From the IMG/VR virus record IMGVR_UViG_3300044674_004313, positions 1 to 57,718 of that record: DNA of 57,718 bases; one strand, given 5' to 3'. Below, piece after piece: positions 27,567 to 38,700 of the stretch (the first letter of the stretch is position 1; each line of letters starts with the position of its first letter). The position numbers were made by a program, and so were the translations under genes. Source of the DNA: a virus. Lineage: Duplodnaviria; Caudoviricetes. Under the pieces are notes generated by a model that was given only the letters and a program-made list of their open reading frames with translations, did no database searches and was not told the DNA's origin.

Positions 27567-27935
27567 CTACTTAACAGGTACCAACCACTCTAGATATACC
27601 TTGAAGCTACCGGAGCCCCTCATGTCCGCAACTTCTTTTTTACCTATGATAATCTGACCCGAGGCCCCCTGCCTAAGTACGTGATCGTACTCGGGATTTC
27701 CATCTTCTCCGATAACAAATACCCTAGCATTGGGGATGAAGTCATTGACGACTTTTTTTGGCTTACCTTCCTGCGGGTTGGAGCCCTCTGTCCTGATAGG
27801 GTTACTCTCCGCATCAAAGCCTGGAGGGGGGTCTGGAATAAAGGGAAAGGGGTCAGGCACACCCAGCGGTCTATTGCCCGCCATCTGTGACATAGTAGTT
27901 ATGTAGTCAGAGCCTGGTTTGGTATCCTGGTTCAC
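27567..27935 (-). CDS. hypothetical protein downstream of the portal gene (122 aa)
   Basis: 4-nt overlap with the portal stop. Confidence 0.7.
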   Translation of the reverse strand: MNQDTKPGSDYITTMSQMAGNRPLGVPDPFPFIPDPPPGFDAESNPIRTEGSNPQEGKPKKVVNDFIPNARVFVIGEDGNPEYDHVLRQGASGQIIIGKKEVADMRGSGSFKVYLEWLVPVK

Positions 27936-29656
27936 ATCATACCCCCTTGCTGCATCTGTTGCATAGCCATGTTCTTCTGGTCGAGCTGCAGTTGCTCAAG
28001 CCTTTGAATCACTACGCTGTACATAACATAGTCTTCCGCCTGCAAGCTAGATAGCTGAGACTTACGAGAGCCTTGATCCATCTGCATGAGCTGCATAGCT
28101 AGGTTATCTGCTTCCCCGATTACAGCTTGCTGGTCGTACGTTAGCCCCATACCGCCCTGCTGAGCTGCCATCTGGCGGGCTTGCTGACTGAGGTCCTTCT
28201 GAAGCTCAGCCATATCCATCTCCAGCTCTTTCTGAGACCTAGTATCCGTGAGGGTCTCATTCTTGATCTTCTGCCTCTCTTCATCTAGGTCTATGCCGTG
28301 ATAGTCAGCAAGGGTTGTCTTGGAGACAATACCACTCTGGAAGAGGTTCATAGCCATCTGCTTCTGGGCCATATCGTCCAACATACGGAAGTCGCCCAGC
28401 TCAGTCTTAATATTGTTCCAGCCTAGGAATTTACCGCACTTAGCAGTTATCCAGTGCAACAGCTGGTTGAGCTGGAAAGTACTGCTCTCTAACTGATTCT
28501 CTAGCATACGTAGAGTAACACTGGACCCAGTAAAGCTGAGTCCCCCGTAGATAAACTCTTTGGGGAAACCCATGGCAGCTATGATGTTGTCTTCCGCTCT
28601 GTTTATCTCTGCGTCCACCATTAGGGCGCGCCCTTCTCCACCTACCTGAGAGACTCCTACGGCCACTGGAGCCATCATGATATGGTTCGGGTCTCGCCTC
28701 CATTTCTTAATATTGTCCTCAACCTCAGCCATAAACTTGGACATAGATAGGGTGAGGATAGGGTCGGCGTTCCCGGATACCGGCTGCGGGTGCATAACCC
28801 TCATAGGTATAATGCGTTCAAGAGCTATAGACTCGTTAGCCTTACGTAGTACTGAAGCATGATAGAAGAGGTGGATAGTAGAAGTTAGGGGAGGGTACCC
28901 CCAGCCACTATCCACCCCCGCAGGAGAATCCGCCTTCATGTGGAAGATCTCACCATGATTAAACTTGAATAGCTGATCTTCTGCTATTGTCTTCAGCATA
29001 GACATAGGCATAGTAGAAATTAAGTGCTTATCCCCGTTGAAGATTTTGCTCTTAACATCAGAAGCTATAGTGAGATAGTACTCACTCTCCCCCGTTACTG
29101 GGTTGTGGGTAATGTCTACTAGCTTGGGATCCCACCTGACTATGTTTATCTTCTCTGGCTCCAGGATCAGCTTATCCTTAACGTCCACTTTCCCAGAGTG
29201 CTTGCACTCGGGGCAGGTCATAGAGAAGGTGGCGCTGTCCGGCTTGTACTTAAAATCTAGAGAATGAACGTCCGCTTCATAGCTGCATGAGCTGCACTTC
29301 AGGTACCTCTTAAACGGAAAGTGCATGGAGCAGAAAGCGTTGCCGTATACCTGTAAATCCAGGGAGCTCCGTATGAGAGCCCGCTTCACCCCAAGAATAT
29401 CTTCTAGCAGGCGTCTGTAGGCTGCAGTTAGCTTATCGCTATCGCTGAGGTAATTGACCTCCGTGATCGGGTACTCTGCAAACTTCTTAACGCCGGCGTA
29501 GATCTGGGCCGAGTTGTAGTATAGATACTCTGTCCAGCGAAAAAGCTGCTTCAAGCTCCTAGGGCTGAAGGAGTGAGCCCACAGCCTCATCGGGTCAGGA
29601 TAAGCTCCGATATGCGCCCCGTCAGTACCTATTGGATTCGAGTGATTACCGTGCAT
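27932..29656 (-). CDS. portal protein with Zn-ribbon insertion
   Basis: 574 aa. DLQVYGNAF, IFHMK...GWGYPPL and IIAAMGFPKEFIYG follow the portal layout; CSSC/CPEC insertion; Q/M-rich tail. Confidence 0.75.
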   Translation of the reverse strand: MHGNHSNPIGTDGAHIGAYPDPMRLWAHSFSPRSLKQLFRWTEYLYYNSAQIYAGVKKFAEYPITEVNYLSDSDKLTAAYRRLLEDILGVKRALIRSSLDLQVYGNAFCSMHFPFKRYLKCSSCSYEADVHSLDFKYKPDSATFSMTCPECKHSGKVDVKDKLILEPEKINIVRWDPKLVDITHNPVTGESEYYLTIASDVKSKIFNGDKHLISTMPMSMLKTIAEDQLFKFNHGEIFHMKADSPAGVDSGWGYPPLTSTIHLFYHASVLRKANESIALERIIPMRVMHPQPVSGNADPILTLSMSKFMAEVEDNIKKWRRDPNHIMMAPVAVGVSQVGGEGRALMVDAEINRAEDNIIAAMGFPKEFIYGGLSFTGSSVTLRMLENQLESSTFQLNQLLHWITAKCGKFLGWNNIKTELGDFRMLDDMAQKQMAMNLFQSGIVSKTTLADYHGIDLDEERQKIKNETLTDTRSQKELEMDMAELQKDLSQQARQMAAQQGGMGLTYDQQAVIGEADNLAMQLMQMDQGSRKSQLSSLQAEDYVMYSVVIQRLEQLQLDQKNMAMQQMQQGGMM

Positions 29657-29683
29657 TGCGGGACCCTATTTTACTGTTTTTTG

Positions 29684-29702
29684 TGTTATAAGTATACGTC
29701 CT
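29684..29702 (+). promoter_or_regulatory. conserved phage promoter-like motif upstream of the replication operon
   Basis: TGTTATAAGTATACGTCCT, ending 20 nt before the helicase ATG (AGGAGG RBS). Confidence 0.75.
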
Positions 29703-29722
29703 AATCCATCTAGGAGGCAAAG

Positions 29723-31600
29723 ATGATAAGGTATTCATCTAACGGGGGCAATCCCGTATTCCTAGTTGCACCTGCAGATCTAGAAGGCCTTAGAGTAGAC
29801 AAGGTTTTCGGTGCCACGTGGAATCCTAAAGTAGGACTATGGCTGCTCCCAGCTATGTACCCATACGGCCTAGTTGTCAAGGATGACCTAGACAACCTGG
29901 CCCCCGACATGGCTTGGGATGTGGGGGCAAAGTCCGCAATAACTAATCTACAATCGGTACACGATGCCGTGGGCAACCACAGCCTAGATGGCTTCACCTC
30001 AAAAGTGAAGCCCTACGACCACCAGATTGAAGCGCTATCCCTGGCTATACACAGCCCTAGAGTAGCTCTGTTTCTTGACCCGGGGTTGGGCAAGACCAAG
30101 ATAGGCTGTGATCTAATACAGTACTGCCGAGCCAGAGACCCAAACTTCATGGCTCTCATCATCGCCCTAAAGGTGAATCAGTTCACCTGGAAGAGGGAGA
30201 TGGAGTTTCATAGTGGCGGGGATCTTAGACTGGAGCCTTTAGTGGCCACTTCTCCAAAGCAGCGGGAGAAGAGGCTGGCTAAGATGCTGGAGAACCCCGA
30301 CGGTAAGCTAGCGGGGGTAGTAGTAACTTATGACACCTGCAGGGTGGCTTCGGAGCTGCTATCCACTATACCGTTTACGTGCGTCATCGCTGACGAGTCG
30401 CACAGTATGCGTAATCCTAGGTCTAAGAAGACAGACGCTGTGCTGAAGCTTATAGAGGGCCATACTCCTAGGGTTACTCGTCGGCTAATACTGACAGGAA
30501 CTCCGTCTCTAGGTAGCCCGTTACACTTGTGGGCCCAACTAAAGCTTCTCGGTAACTTCCTGGTGCCCAACTTCTGGAAGTTCAGAGGTAGGCACGTAAT
30601 AACCAGTCCCTACAACTCTAATATAGTGACCGGCTTTAAGAATGTGGGAATACTTAACGACCTGGTCTCTTTATGTAGTATGCGGCGTACTGCGGAAGAG
30701 TGCTTAGACCTGCCGGAGAGGACTATACAGGTAGTGCCCGTGGAGGCGGGGGCATCCCTGAAGAGGCTGTACAATACGGTAGCCTCCCACGACCCTATTA
30801 CCCTATCTGGTAAGGTAGTACCCTCTCCCGAGAATACTATCACAGCCATGGGACGACTAGCTCAGATGTCCAGCGGGTTTGTGTACCTGTCTCGCAAAGA
30901 TCCTAATATCTGTGAGGCCTGTCCCCACCTAGTATCCTGTGTTAGGGATAATATATCCCCATACACCACTGCCTGTCAGGTGGAGAAGCAGGACCCGGGC
31001 AGAGACGTGCTGCCCGTACCTGGATCCCCAGTAATGGATACGGTTAAAGGACTAGTAGAGGAGCACGTCAATAACGGTAAAAAGGTGATACTATGGGGTA
31101 AGCATCAGTACTTCATGGAGCAGGTATCTGCGGACTTAACTAAGATGCTGGACTGCGAAGTACTGAGATACGATTCTACTACTGAGTCTCACAGCGAGGT
31201 GGAGGCAAAGTTCAACTCTATAGAGGGCCCCGTCGTTATAGTTGCCCAGATATCTATGGGCATCGGGGTAACGTTCAAGGCCCCAGTGATGATATACGGA
31301 GAGGTAAGCTGGAGCCTGGATCACTGGCTGCAATCGCTGGACAGGAACTACGGTATCCGCGCTAAGGGATTCGGGAAACTGCTGGTGCAAGCTGTGGTGG
31401 TCAGCGGCTCTATTGCGCACAGTACTATGGAGCTACTAAATAGTAAAGTGGACGTCAGCAGCATGATGTCCACCAGACCTAACTGTGTGACCTGTGTTAA
31501 CGCCCTCAAGTGCCTGGATGAGGGCACCATGCCCTTCGATAGGGTGTGTATACTTCAGGACACTGTAGAGAAGACAAAGATTCCTGTAAGGAGGCTGTGA
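29723..31600 (+). CDS. SNF2-family (SF2) helicase
   Basis: PYDHQ, DPGLGKT, IADESH, LTGTP, GIGVTF and QSLDRNY motifs. Confidence 0.9.
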   Translation: MIRYSSNGGNPVFLVAPADLEGLRVDKVFGATWNPKVGLWLLPAMYPYGLVVKDDLDNLAPDMAWDVGAKSAITNLQSVHDAVGNHSLDGFTSKVKPYDHQIEALSLAIHSPRVALFLDPGLGKTKIGCDLIQYCRARDPNFMALIIALKVNQFTWKREMEFHSGGDLRLEPLVATSPKQREKRLAKMLENPDGKLAGVVVTYDTCRVASELLSTIPFTCVIADESHSMRNPRSKKTDAVLKLIEGHTPRVTRRLILTGTPSLGSPLHLWAQLKLLGNFLVPNFWKFRGRHVITSPYNSNIVTGFKNVGILNDLVSLCSMRRTAEECLDLPERTIQVVPVEAGASLKRLYNTVASHDPITLSGKVVPSPENTITAMGRLAQMSSGFVYLSRKDPNICEACPHLVSCVRDNISPYTTACQVEKQDPGRDVLPVPGSPVMDTVKGLVEEHVNNGKKVILWGKHQYFMEQVSADLTKMLDCEVLRYDSTTESHSEVEAKFNSIEGPVVIVAQISMGIGVTFKAPVMIYGEVSWSLDHWLQSLDRNYGIRAKGFGKLLVQAVVVSGSIAHSTMELLNSKVDVSSMMSTRPNCVTCVNALKCLDEGTMPFDRVCILQDTVEKTKIPVRRL

Positions 31601-31601
31601 C

Positions 31602-32375
31602 ATGGCCCTTAATCTGCCAAAAGGCTATCTATCTGCTAGCCAGATCAATCTCTATCTAACCTGCCCCAAGAAGTACGAGGCAGAGTATGTGCTAGGAGTT
31701 CGCTCGGAGGTGAAGAGGCCTGCAGCCATGAGTGTGGGTAGCGGGGTCCACAAGATGGTGGAGACGCACCTCCAGGCTACCCTCAACGACACGCTGCTAA
31801 CTACTGAGGATATCACGGAAATCATCGAAGACGACCTCCGAGGTTACTTCGACCCTACTACCGTGGACCTAGAGGGAGACGACCTAGGGCAGTGGTTGGA
31901 CTACACGCAAAAATTATACAATGTGTGGTATAAGGATGTGTCTCCACACCTCGCTATCACAGCTACAGAAATGCAGGTAGAGAAGGTGATCGGGGACGCC
32001 CCCTGTAAAGGTTTCGTAGACTATATCGACGCCGGAGCAGGGTACCAAGAGGTCTGCGACCTCAAGGTGACCAAGCGAGCTAAGAGCATCGGGGACGCTA
32101 GAGACTCTGTGCAACTCGCTATCTACTCTATGGCTACGGATATCCCTTGCGTCCGCTTCGACAGTCTTGTAAAGACCAAGACTCCGAAGGTGGCGGTAGC
32201 CCGCTACGAGTTCGCTAAACACGAGCTCGACTACTTTGAAGAGCTGATCGGGGAGGTTGCACTCAATATTTCAAGAGGGAACTTCCCTAGAACCACCCCC
32301 ACGAGCTGGGCCTGCTCCGAAAAATGGTGCAGCAACTGGGGCAACTGCAGAGGTAAGCATGGCGAAAAAGTTTGA
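31602..32375 (+). CDS. PD-(D/E)XK RecB/Cas4-like exonuclease
   Basis: LSASQINLYLTCPKKY, GSGVH, GFVDYID...DLK, QLAIY and C-terminal CSEKWC...C. Confidence 0.85.
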   Translation: MALNLPKGYLSASQINLYLTCPKKYEAEYVLGVRSEVKRPAAMSVGSGVHKMVETHLQATLNDTLLTTEDITEIIEDDLRGYFDPTTVDLEGDDLGQWLDYTQKLYNVWYKDVSPHLAITATEMQVEKVIGDAPCKGFVDYIDAGAGYQEVCDLKVTKRAKSIGDARDSVQLAIYSMATDIPCVRFDSLVKTKTPKVAVARYEFAKHELDYFEELIGEVALNISRGNFPRTTPTSWACSEKWCSNWGNCRGKHGEKV

Positions 32376-33495
32376 AGACCTTACGGTCAACAGCGGCATC
32401 ACGTCCGCAACCTATCGACTAGTAGACACTAAGGACGTCGTCTTCGCTAACGAAGGCAGTCCTGACGAGCTACAGGCCCGGGAGTACTACGGCTCGGAGG
32501 ATCAGATCTCCAGCCTGAAGGAGTCTATCAAGGCTAAGGGTCTACTGGAGTCGCCTATCGTCATGCCCGTGGATAATGGGCAGTACCGGGTGATCGAGGG
32601 CAACCGTCGTATGTTCGCCCTCAACTCACTCATCAACGAGGACGGGGTATTTTCTACCGACGACGGTAAGGCGCTCACTAAGGTTAGGGTGGAGGTCCGC
32701 AAGCCAGAAGAGGACCTGGTCGAGGAGCACTTCAACGAGTGGTTCGCGCTAAATCCCGATGCAGATCAGGAGCTACAGGATGATGTTCGGGAGCACTTCG
32801 AGAAGCTCATCCGTGCGCATATCAACAGCGACTCTCTGGTACGTAACACCCTACGGCTAAACTGGAATGACATGGAGATCGCTCGTGCTGCTCAGGCACA
32901 GCTTGATCTCGGTGTATCTATTGAGGACTTCTGCTCCCGCACGGGCATGTCTAAGCAGAGCCTTAACAGCCGCCTGGCCCTCCTGGCTAAGGAGGATGTC
33001 ATGCCTGACGTGGTTCAGGCCGTCGAGGAGGGGGACGTATCTTTCTCTGTGGGCAAGCTCCTGGCTAACATCAAGGAGGAACACGGCGAGGTTCGTAGTG
33101 AGATCCTCGAGAAGGCTAAGGGCTCCACAGACGAGGAGGGTAAGACTTCCAAGTCCGCTACTGTAGCTGAGGTCTCCTCCATGATCGCAGAGAAGGAGGT
33201 TGAGGCTGGTGAGGTTATTCGTAAGGACGTCCGTAACCGGGCGCCTAAGAAGAGTGCCTCTAAGATGGCTAGTGAGGACCAGCTCCACCGAGCTATCCTG
33301 GAGATTTCAGGAGAGCGAGAAGAGATTAGTATCCGCATGGAGGAAGCTAAGACGGACGGGGAGGAGCCAACAGACGCAGATCAGAATGCTCTGATTAACG
33401 CGGAGCTTATTCTAGACGTGCTCAAGAGTGTGGCGGGGGCTAAGGACCTGGGCGAGTCTCTGGAGGATGTCCTCTCAGAGAAGATCTACTCGTAG
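32359..33495 (+). CDS. ParB/Srx N-terminal domain protein
   Basis: LKESIKAKGLLESPIV..YRVIEGNRR motif with an HTH-like region after it. Start revised to ATG 32359 (GAGGT RBS). Confidence 0.8.
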   Translation: MAKKFEDLTVNSGITSATYRLVDTKDVVFANEGSPDELQAREYYGSEDQISSLKESIKAKGLLESPIVMPVDNGQYRVIEGNRRMFALNSLINEDGVFSTDDGKALTKVRVEVRKPEEDLVEEHFNEWFALNPDADQELQDDVREHFEKLIRAHINSDSLVRNTLRLNWNDMEIARAAQAQLDLGVSIEDFCSRTGMSKQSLNSRLALLAKEDVMPDVVQAVEEGDVSFSVGKLLANIKEEHGEVRSEILEKAKGSTDEEGKTSKSATVAEVSSMIAEKEVEAGEVIRKDVRNRAPKKSASKMASEDQLHRAILEISGEREEISIRMEEAKTDGEEPTDADQNALINAELILDVLKSVAGAKDLGESLEDVLSEKIYS

Positions 33496-34148
33496 TATTT
33501 GGTCCAGCGGGAGAGCTTGTCAACGGCTTCAGACTTGATCTGCCTGATGCGCTCTGAGCTCAGGCCAAGAGTAGTTGACAGCTCTCTCAGGGAACAGCAA
33601 GCGCCTCCGTTGAGGCCATAGCTGTTTTCTACTATGAAGCGCTCTCGCTGAGTGAGAAATCTAAGAAACTCAGCGAGAGCTAGCTTCTCATCCGCAGATT
33701 GCCTAGATGAAAAGTAGGGGTGCTCTGTGGACTCTTCAGGTATGACTATATCGGAAACATACACCGGTATGGGCCTGCCTTGAGGAACTCTAACTAATGA
33801 GGTGCTGTGCTTGCGCATGGACATGAATATCCAGTGTCCAGCGTAGGTGCAGAACCGTATATTACGGGTGTGGTCAAACTTGGAAAACGCCAAGAGGAGG
33901 CCCTCATTCCCGTTGCTAATCAGCTCCTCCAGAGTGGAGGGGTCCTTATCTCTCCAGATCCTCTTGGCCATGAGAAAGACTAGCCTGAGATTGCTTTCTA
34001 CAATCTGGCGGTGTATGTCTTTTTTCCTGGCCTGGGAGACCCCGGAGGAATAATATTCCGAAAACAGCTGGTCCTCTTCAGACCTGCTCAAAACTACAAC
34101 CTTAGACAAATCGTTGTAGTACACATCAAGGAAGGTATGAGTAATCAT
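33486..34148 (-). CDS. sigma70-family RNA polymerase sigma factor
   Basis: LSRSEE (region 1.2); IVESNLRLV, ELISNGNEGL..A..KFD...RFCTYA.HWI (region 2); SLRELSTTLGLSSERIRQI (region 4). Confidence 0.92.
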   Translation of the reverse strand: MITHTFLDVYYNDLSKVVVLSRSEEDQLFSEYYSSGVSQARKKDIHRQIVESNLRLVFLMAKRIWRDKDPSTLEELISNGNEGLLLAFSKFDHTRNIRFCTYAGHWIFMSMRKHSTSLVRVPQGRPIPVYVSDIVIPEESTEHPYFSSRQSADEKLALAEFLRFLTQRERFIVENSYGLNGGACCSLRELSTTLGLSSERIRQIKSEAVDKLSRWTKYYE

Positions 34149-34913
34149 ATGAGCGATTCCACTTCTCTATTCGAGACTATTATTGCGGGCGTCACCGCAA
34201 ACACCGACGGCCTAATGGGCGAGGAAGGCGGCATCCGGGTCCCGGTGATGAAGATAGTTCATCCCGCATCTATGGGCAAGGACTGGTGTCCTGAGGAGGC
34301 ACGGCCCGGTGATCTCTGTATCGCGGGTACTACTTTCGGTAGCTCCGTGGAGTTCGTCCCGGTGCTGGGCTACAAGGGCCGCATCAAGTTTGATGGCGAC
34401 ACTTCTATGATTGACTGCTCGTCTCTGGATACTAAGAAGGGCAGCAAGTATGGGGCGTGCGCAGACTGCGAACACCTGCCCTGGCGTGACGGACAGCGTA
34501 CTGCTTGCTTCGACAACATCAACGTATTCGGTGTTGTCGAACACCAGGGTGAGTACCGTCTGGTCAAGGCGACTTTCAGCAAGACTAGCCTGTCGGCGGG
34601 CAAGGCACTCTTCCGCCTGGCGAAGCGGGATGCTCGGCCTCTCTGGGCCAAGCGCTTTGTGCTATCTACTGTAAAGAAGCAGGCTAACGGCCGTAGCTGG
34701 CTACAGTACGATATCGCACTGTCTGCTACCCCAGTGGCAGAGGAGCTCGTGCAAGCGGGCTTCAAGCTTAAGGGTGCTATGGAGGAGGACTACAATCAGC
34801 TCAAGCAGCGCCTCGAGAATCGGGGTTTGGCCCAGATCGAGGAGCCTAAGATTAAGCAGCTTGAGAATACAGAGAGCGAGCCAGAGGGCGAAACCCCTAG
34901 CTTCGACATCTAA
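34149..34913 (+). CDS. putative single-stranded DNA-binding or annealing protein
   Basis: Start revised to ATG 34149 (MSDSTSLF). Acidic tail with a hydrophobic end (ESEPEGETPSFDI); replication context. Confidence 0.55.
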   Translation: MSDSTSLFETIIAGVTANTDGLMGEEGGIRVPVMKIVHPASMGKDWCPEEARPGDLCIAGTTFGSSVEFVPVLGYKGRIKFDGDTSMIDCSSLDTKKGSKYGACADCEHLPWRDGQRTACFDNINVFGVVEHQGEYRLVKATFSKTSLSAGKALFRLAKRDARPLWAKRFVLSTVKKQANGRSWLQYDIALSATPVAEELVQAGFKLKGAMEEDYNQLKQRLENRGLAQIEEPKIKQLENTESEPEGETPSFDI

Positions 34914-34929
34914 TACAAAACACTAGATA

Positions 34930-34963
34930 AGCAGCCCGGACCTATCAGCTAGGCCGGGCTGCT
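34930..34963. other. intergenic GC-rich hairpin (stabiliser, processing site or terminator)
   Basis: AGCAGCCCGG-a-CCTA tcagc TAGG-CCGGGCTGCT; no clear U tract on the plus strand. Confidence 0.55.
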
Positions 34964-34974
34964 GGGAGATCCTT

Positions 34975-35775
34975 ATGAATCTCTTTAGCCAAGAGGCTAA
35001 GTCCCTGGGCCCGTGGTCGCCTACTAAAGTATCCATGCTCGAAGGCTGTAGCCGTAAATTCGAGTGGTCTTACGTGCGGAAGAGGTACCTAGAAGAAGAC
35101 GAAGTGTATCCAACCGACAAAAGTGCTCTAGAGATGGGTAAAGGGATACATAAGTATGCAGAGCTACTTAAAGAGGGTACAGAGCTAAACAGGGCTCAGG
35201 ATGCTGCACTAAACGAAGTTCATATAGAGATGAGTGACCCTCAGAGGACTAAGATATACTCCGCGTTTGAGTCTGTGAGGGGATTTGAGGAGAGGTTAAC
35301 CAAGTTTAAACAGGCTCACGACGTAGTGGAGGACCTAGCCGAGTGTCGGTTTGCAGCTATGCCAGACATGACAGGCACCTACTTCTTCAACAACTCTGGG
35401 ATTATTAGAGGGGTTCTAGACCGGTGCATAATCGTCAATAAAAATGGGGGCTTACACGCCATTGCTATTGACATCAAAACCGGAAAAGTTAATAATATAG
35501 CGGATCATGAGATCCAACTCTCAACATACGGAATGCTACTGCACGCTAATAAGCGAGGGTTACACACAGTACAGACTGCGATATACTTTACTGAGAACAG
35601 CCAGCTAGTCTGGAATCCTCTAAAGATGACTCGAAAGTTTGCACTGTCGGAAGAGAACCCATCCGTAACGAAGATTAACCAGCTCTCAAAGGCGTACTAT
35701 GATACGGGCGCAGCACCGACTAGAACTCGGCTGTGTGAATGGTGTACGTTCAAGAGGGTATGTGATAAGGAATAA
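34975..35775 (+). CDS. second PD-(D/E)XK RecB/Cas4-like nuclease
   Basis: WSPTKVSMLEGC, GKGIH, RGVLDR...IDIKTGK, QLSTY and CEWC....C. Confidence 0.85.
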   Translation: MNLFSQEAKSLGPWSPTKVSMLEGCSRKFEWSYVRKRYLEEDEVYPTDKSALEMGKGIHKYAELLKEGTELNRAQDAALNEVHIEMSDPQRTKIYSAFESVRGFEERLTKFKQAHDVVEDLAECRFAAMPDMTGTYFFNNSGIIRGVLDRCIIVNKNGGLHAIAIDIKTGKVNNIADHEIQLSTYGMLLHANKRGLHTVQTAIYFTENSQLVWNPLKMTRKFALSEENPSVTKINQLSKAYYDTGAAPTRTRLCEWCTFKRVCDKE

Positions 35776-35777
35776 GG

Positions 35778-38700
35778 ATGTCACAAGAAAAGGCCTTCCG
35801 GCCTAGGTCTCTATGGAGAGACATCGGCCTAGCTGACTGGCTCTCTGCCCTCTCCGGGTCCCCTGGGGAGTGGAAGATCAAGGGGAAATCAGTAGTAGGG
35901 AAGTGCCCTTATCACCAAGCGTACAACTCCACGTGTCACGTTACCCCAGAGATGGGGGTGGTGAAGTGCTTCTCCTGCGGCAGGTCGGAAACAGACCCTA
36001 TTAGATTTCTAGCTAGTGCTACCTCCAGCTCCTGGACGGAAGCCATGAAGCGCCTGGGCAGGGTAGCTAACCTAAAACTACCTAGAAAAGTAGTCCAGGA
36101 CATGCACCTGGATGAACTCAGGCAGACTATTAAGGGGGCCATTCTATCTGCATGCAACACTGCACTCAGAGTGGCAGCAAAGAACAAGGACTCGGAGCGT
36201 AATAAATACGCGGCACCCCTAATAGACTTTCTAGAGTCTAGGGGTGTACCCGTTAATGACGCGCTGGATAAGCTACCTATCGGTGTTCTACCGCCGAGGG
36301 TTGAGCTGGTAAAGTACCTGCCAGAGGAGCTAGTAGACCACGCAGTAGCCTACCTGGAATCCTCCATGACCGGCCCTAATACCGGCGCGCTACTTATGGC
36401 CTACCACAAGTCACCCACAGAGGTGACCCGGTTCAAGCTACGAGCAGACTTCCTACGACCTGATGGGGCTAAGTCTATACACTACGTACCAGACGCCAAC
36501 GAGGATTGCCTTGGATTCTTCGGGCTGCCCTTCTACTCAGCCATGCTGTGGGGGGCAAAGAAAGCTGGCCGCAGAGCTATGGTAGTGGAGGGGGAGACGG
36601 ACGCCCTGGCTCACATGGTTGAGTTTCAGGGAGGTCTGAGCTACGAGGTGGTCATAGCCTGCGGCGGGGCAGGAGCATCCAGCCCGGATATCCTTAAAGA
36701 GTACTGCGGCGTATCAGAAGTGATGTTGGTGTGTGACCACCCAGATCACGGCGGCGATAACATCGCTAAGCTAATCATGTCGGAAACCTCCATGCCGGTT
36801 AAGGTGTTCTCTTGGCCGCCAGAAGTGGAGGCTAAAGACCCGGACGAGGCCATAAAGAAGCATGGCTGGGAGACCTGGCTGGCAGCGATCACGGCTAAAA
36901 GAACTGATGGCACCATTCAAAAGTGGGTGAACTTCAAACCCGCACACGTATGGCTGGCCGGGGTTACTAAGTCCAAGCTGGCAGCACTGGACCCGGATGA
37001 CCTAAGAGGGCAGAAGGAAGCCATAGGCCAGGATGGTGGGTGCCTGAAGGATCCCGAGGCCCAGATGGCTTACGCTAGAGCAGTAAGCAAGATGTGTACT
37101 CTGGCCATAGGCACTATCCTGGAACTAATAGTAGGTCAGGACGATAGCGAAGAGGGGTTTATTGCTAGGATAATGCAGGCTCTACGGGAAGAGTTCTTCT
37201 TCATCGGTATAGATGGCAGTAAGGGGACAGACACGCTGATCCGGGCGTGGCACCGCAAGAAGAAAGAACCTAGAGAGTGGCGTCTAAGCCGGGTCTCCGA
37301 GCTCTACTCTCAGATCTCACAGGACCTGGGAGCTATCCTCTACTGGCTTAGGGAGGCGGTAGGCGTCCCTCCTGCCCTCATCAGCAAACCTAAGGGTGGG
37401 CTGCTTAGCATCCCTGAGCAGAGCACAACGGTGAGCGGGTACATGAAGCTGGCCCTGGATCAGCTGTGTGGAGAACTACCTACTATCCGGAGCTTAACCG
37501 AGACAAAAGCTGGGGCTCACTATGTAGAGCATGACTTCGGGTCCGGGCCGGAGCCATGCTGGGTGCTCGTTAACGGGCACGAGGTATATATCGGCAAGTA
37601 CACGGATGAATGCACGCTGGAGTGGTCGGCTCTGGACGGGCCTCGTCTGGGAGACAGGTACTTCAACATCGTCCGAGCTGCTTGGTCTAATGAGGTAGGT
37701 AGCTGCATAGACCTAGAAGCTGGTAACTCCGTAAAGCACTCGGACATCTACGACTTCTTGGTATCAGCGATACACACTGGCTGGACACTTAAGGGAGGCT
37801 TGGAGGACTGTGAGTATCTGGCTGCGGCCATGATGGTCAACACTATTTCGAGCTGTCTACCTAGACAGCTGTACACCCTAATCAACGGGGCTAGAGGCAC
37901 AGGTAAGTCAAAGCTGCTGGACATCATTGCGGGCTCAGACCCTACTGTACGGTTGCTAGAGTGCACTGCGGATGTACAGCAGGCCTATACTACCGCGGGC
38001 TTCCGCAAGGACATGAACAACTGCGCGCTAGGGGCAGCACTAGACGAGTTTGAGGACAAGGGGGACGACTCTCACTCTAGAGCTGTGCGCGGTATCTTGA
38101 CTGATATTCGTGGCCTAACTAATAGCCCTATCTGCCGAATTACCCGAGGTAATGTAGAGAGTAAGGAAGCTACTGTATACACCCTGAGATGCCAGGTCTG
38201 GGCGGGTGCTATCAACTACCTTCGGGAAGAGGCAGATGTTAGCCGCTTCATGCAGATCCACACGGTGCGCTGTGAGTCTAAGAGCGATCCGCATACTACT
38301 ATGATTAATACTTTTGGTCAGGAGACTATTCAAAAGTACAGAAGGGCCCTCTCTACGGGCATGTATAGGCTTGCTCCTACATACCTGAAGAATCTAACGG
38401 AGCTCCGAGCTACTTATAGCCAGCCTAGCGTCATGGATGCGCTAAGCAAAGAGGTTGGCGTCACTGTCCCCTCCAGATTCTTAGATGGAGTGGTCGTAAC
38501 CGCAGCTATGGTAGCCTGCGTGGGTCTCAATCCTCACTCCTATATCCTAAGGGTGATTAAGTCTAAGACCGAGCTGTTGGAGATTATCACTACTTCAACT
38601 CAGGAGCAGGACCTACTAGATACTATTCTAAGCTCAAAAGTAGAGCACAAGAGGCCAGGCAGCGAGAGTCGCAACACTTCGGTGAGGACCATACTGTCAG

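Noticed and set aside
31602-35775. Cas4-like nucleases as a CRISPR-Cas system
   Set aside because: Stand-alone PD-(D/E)XK nucleases are common in phage replication modules, and no other cas genes are present.
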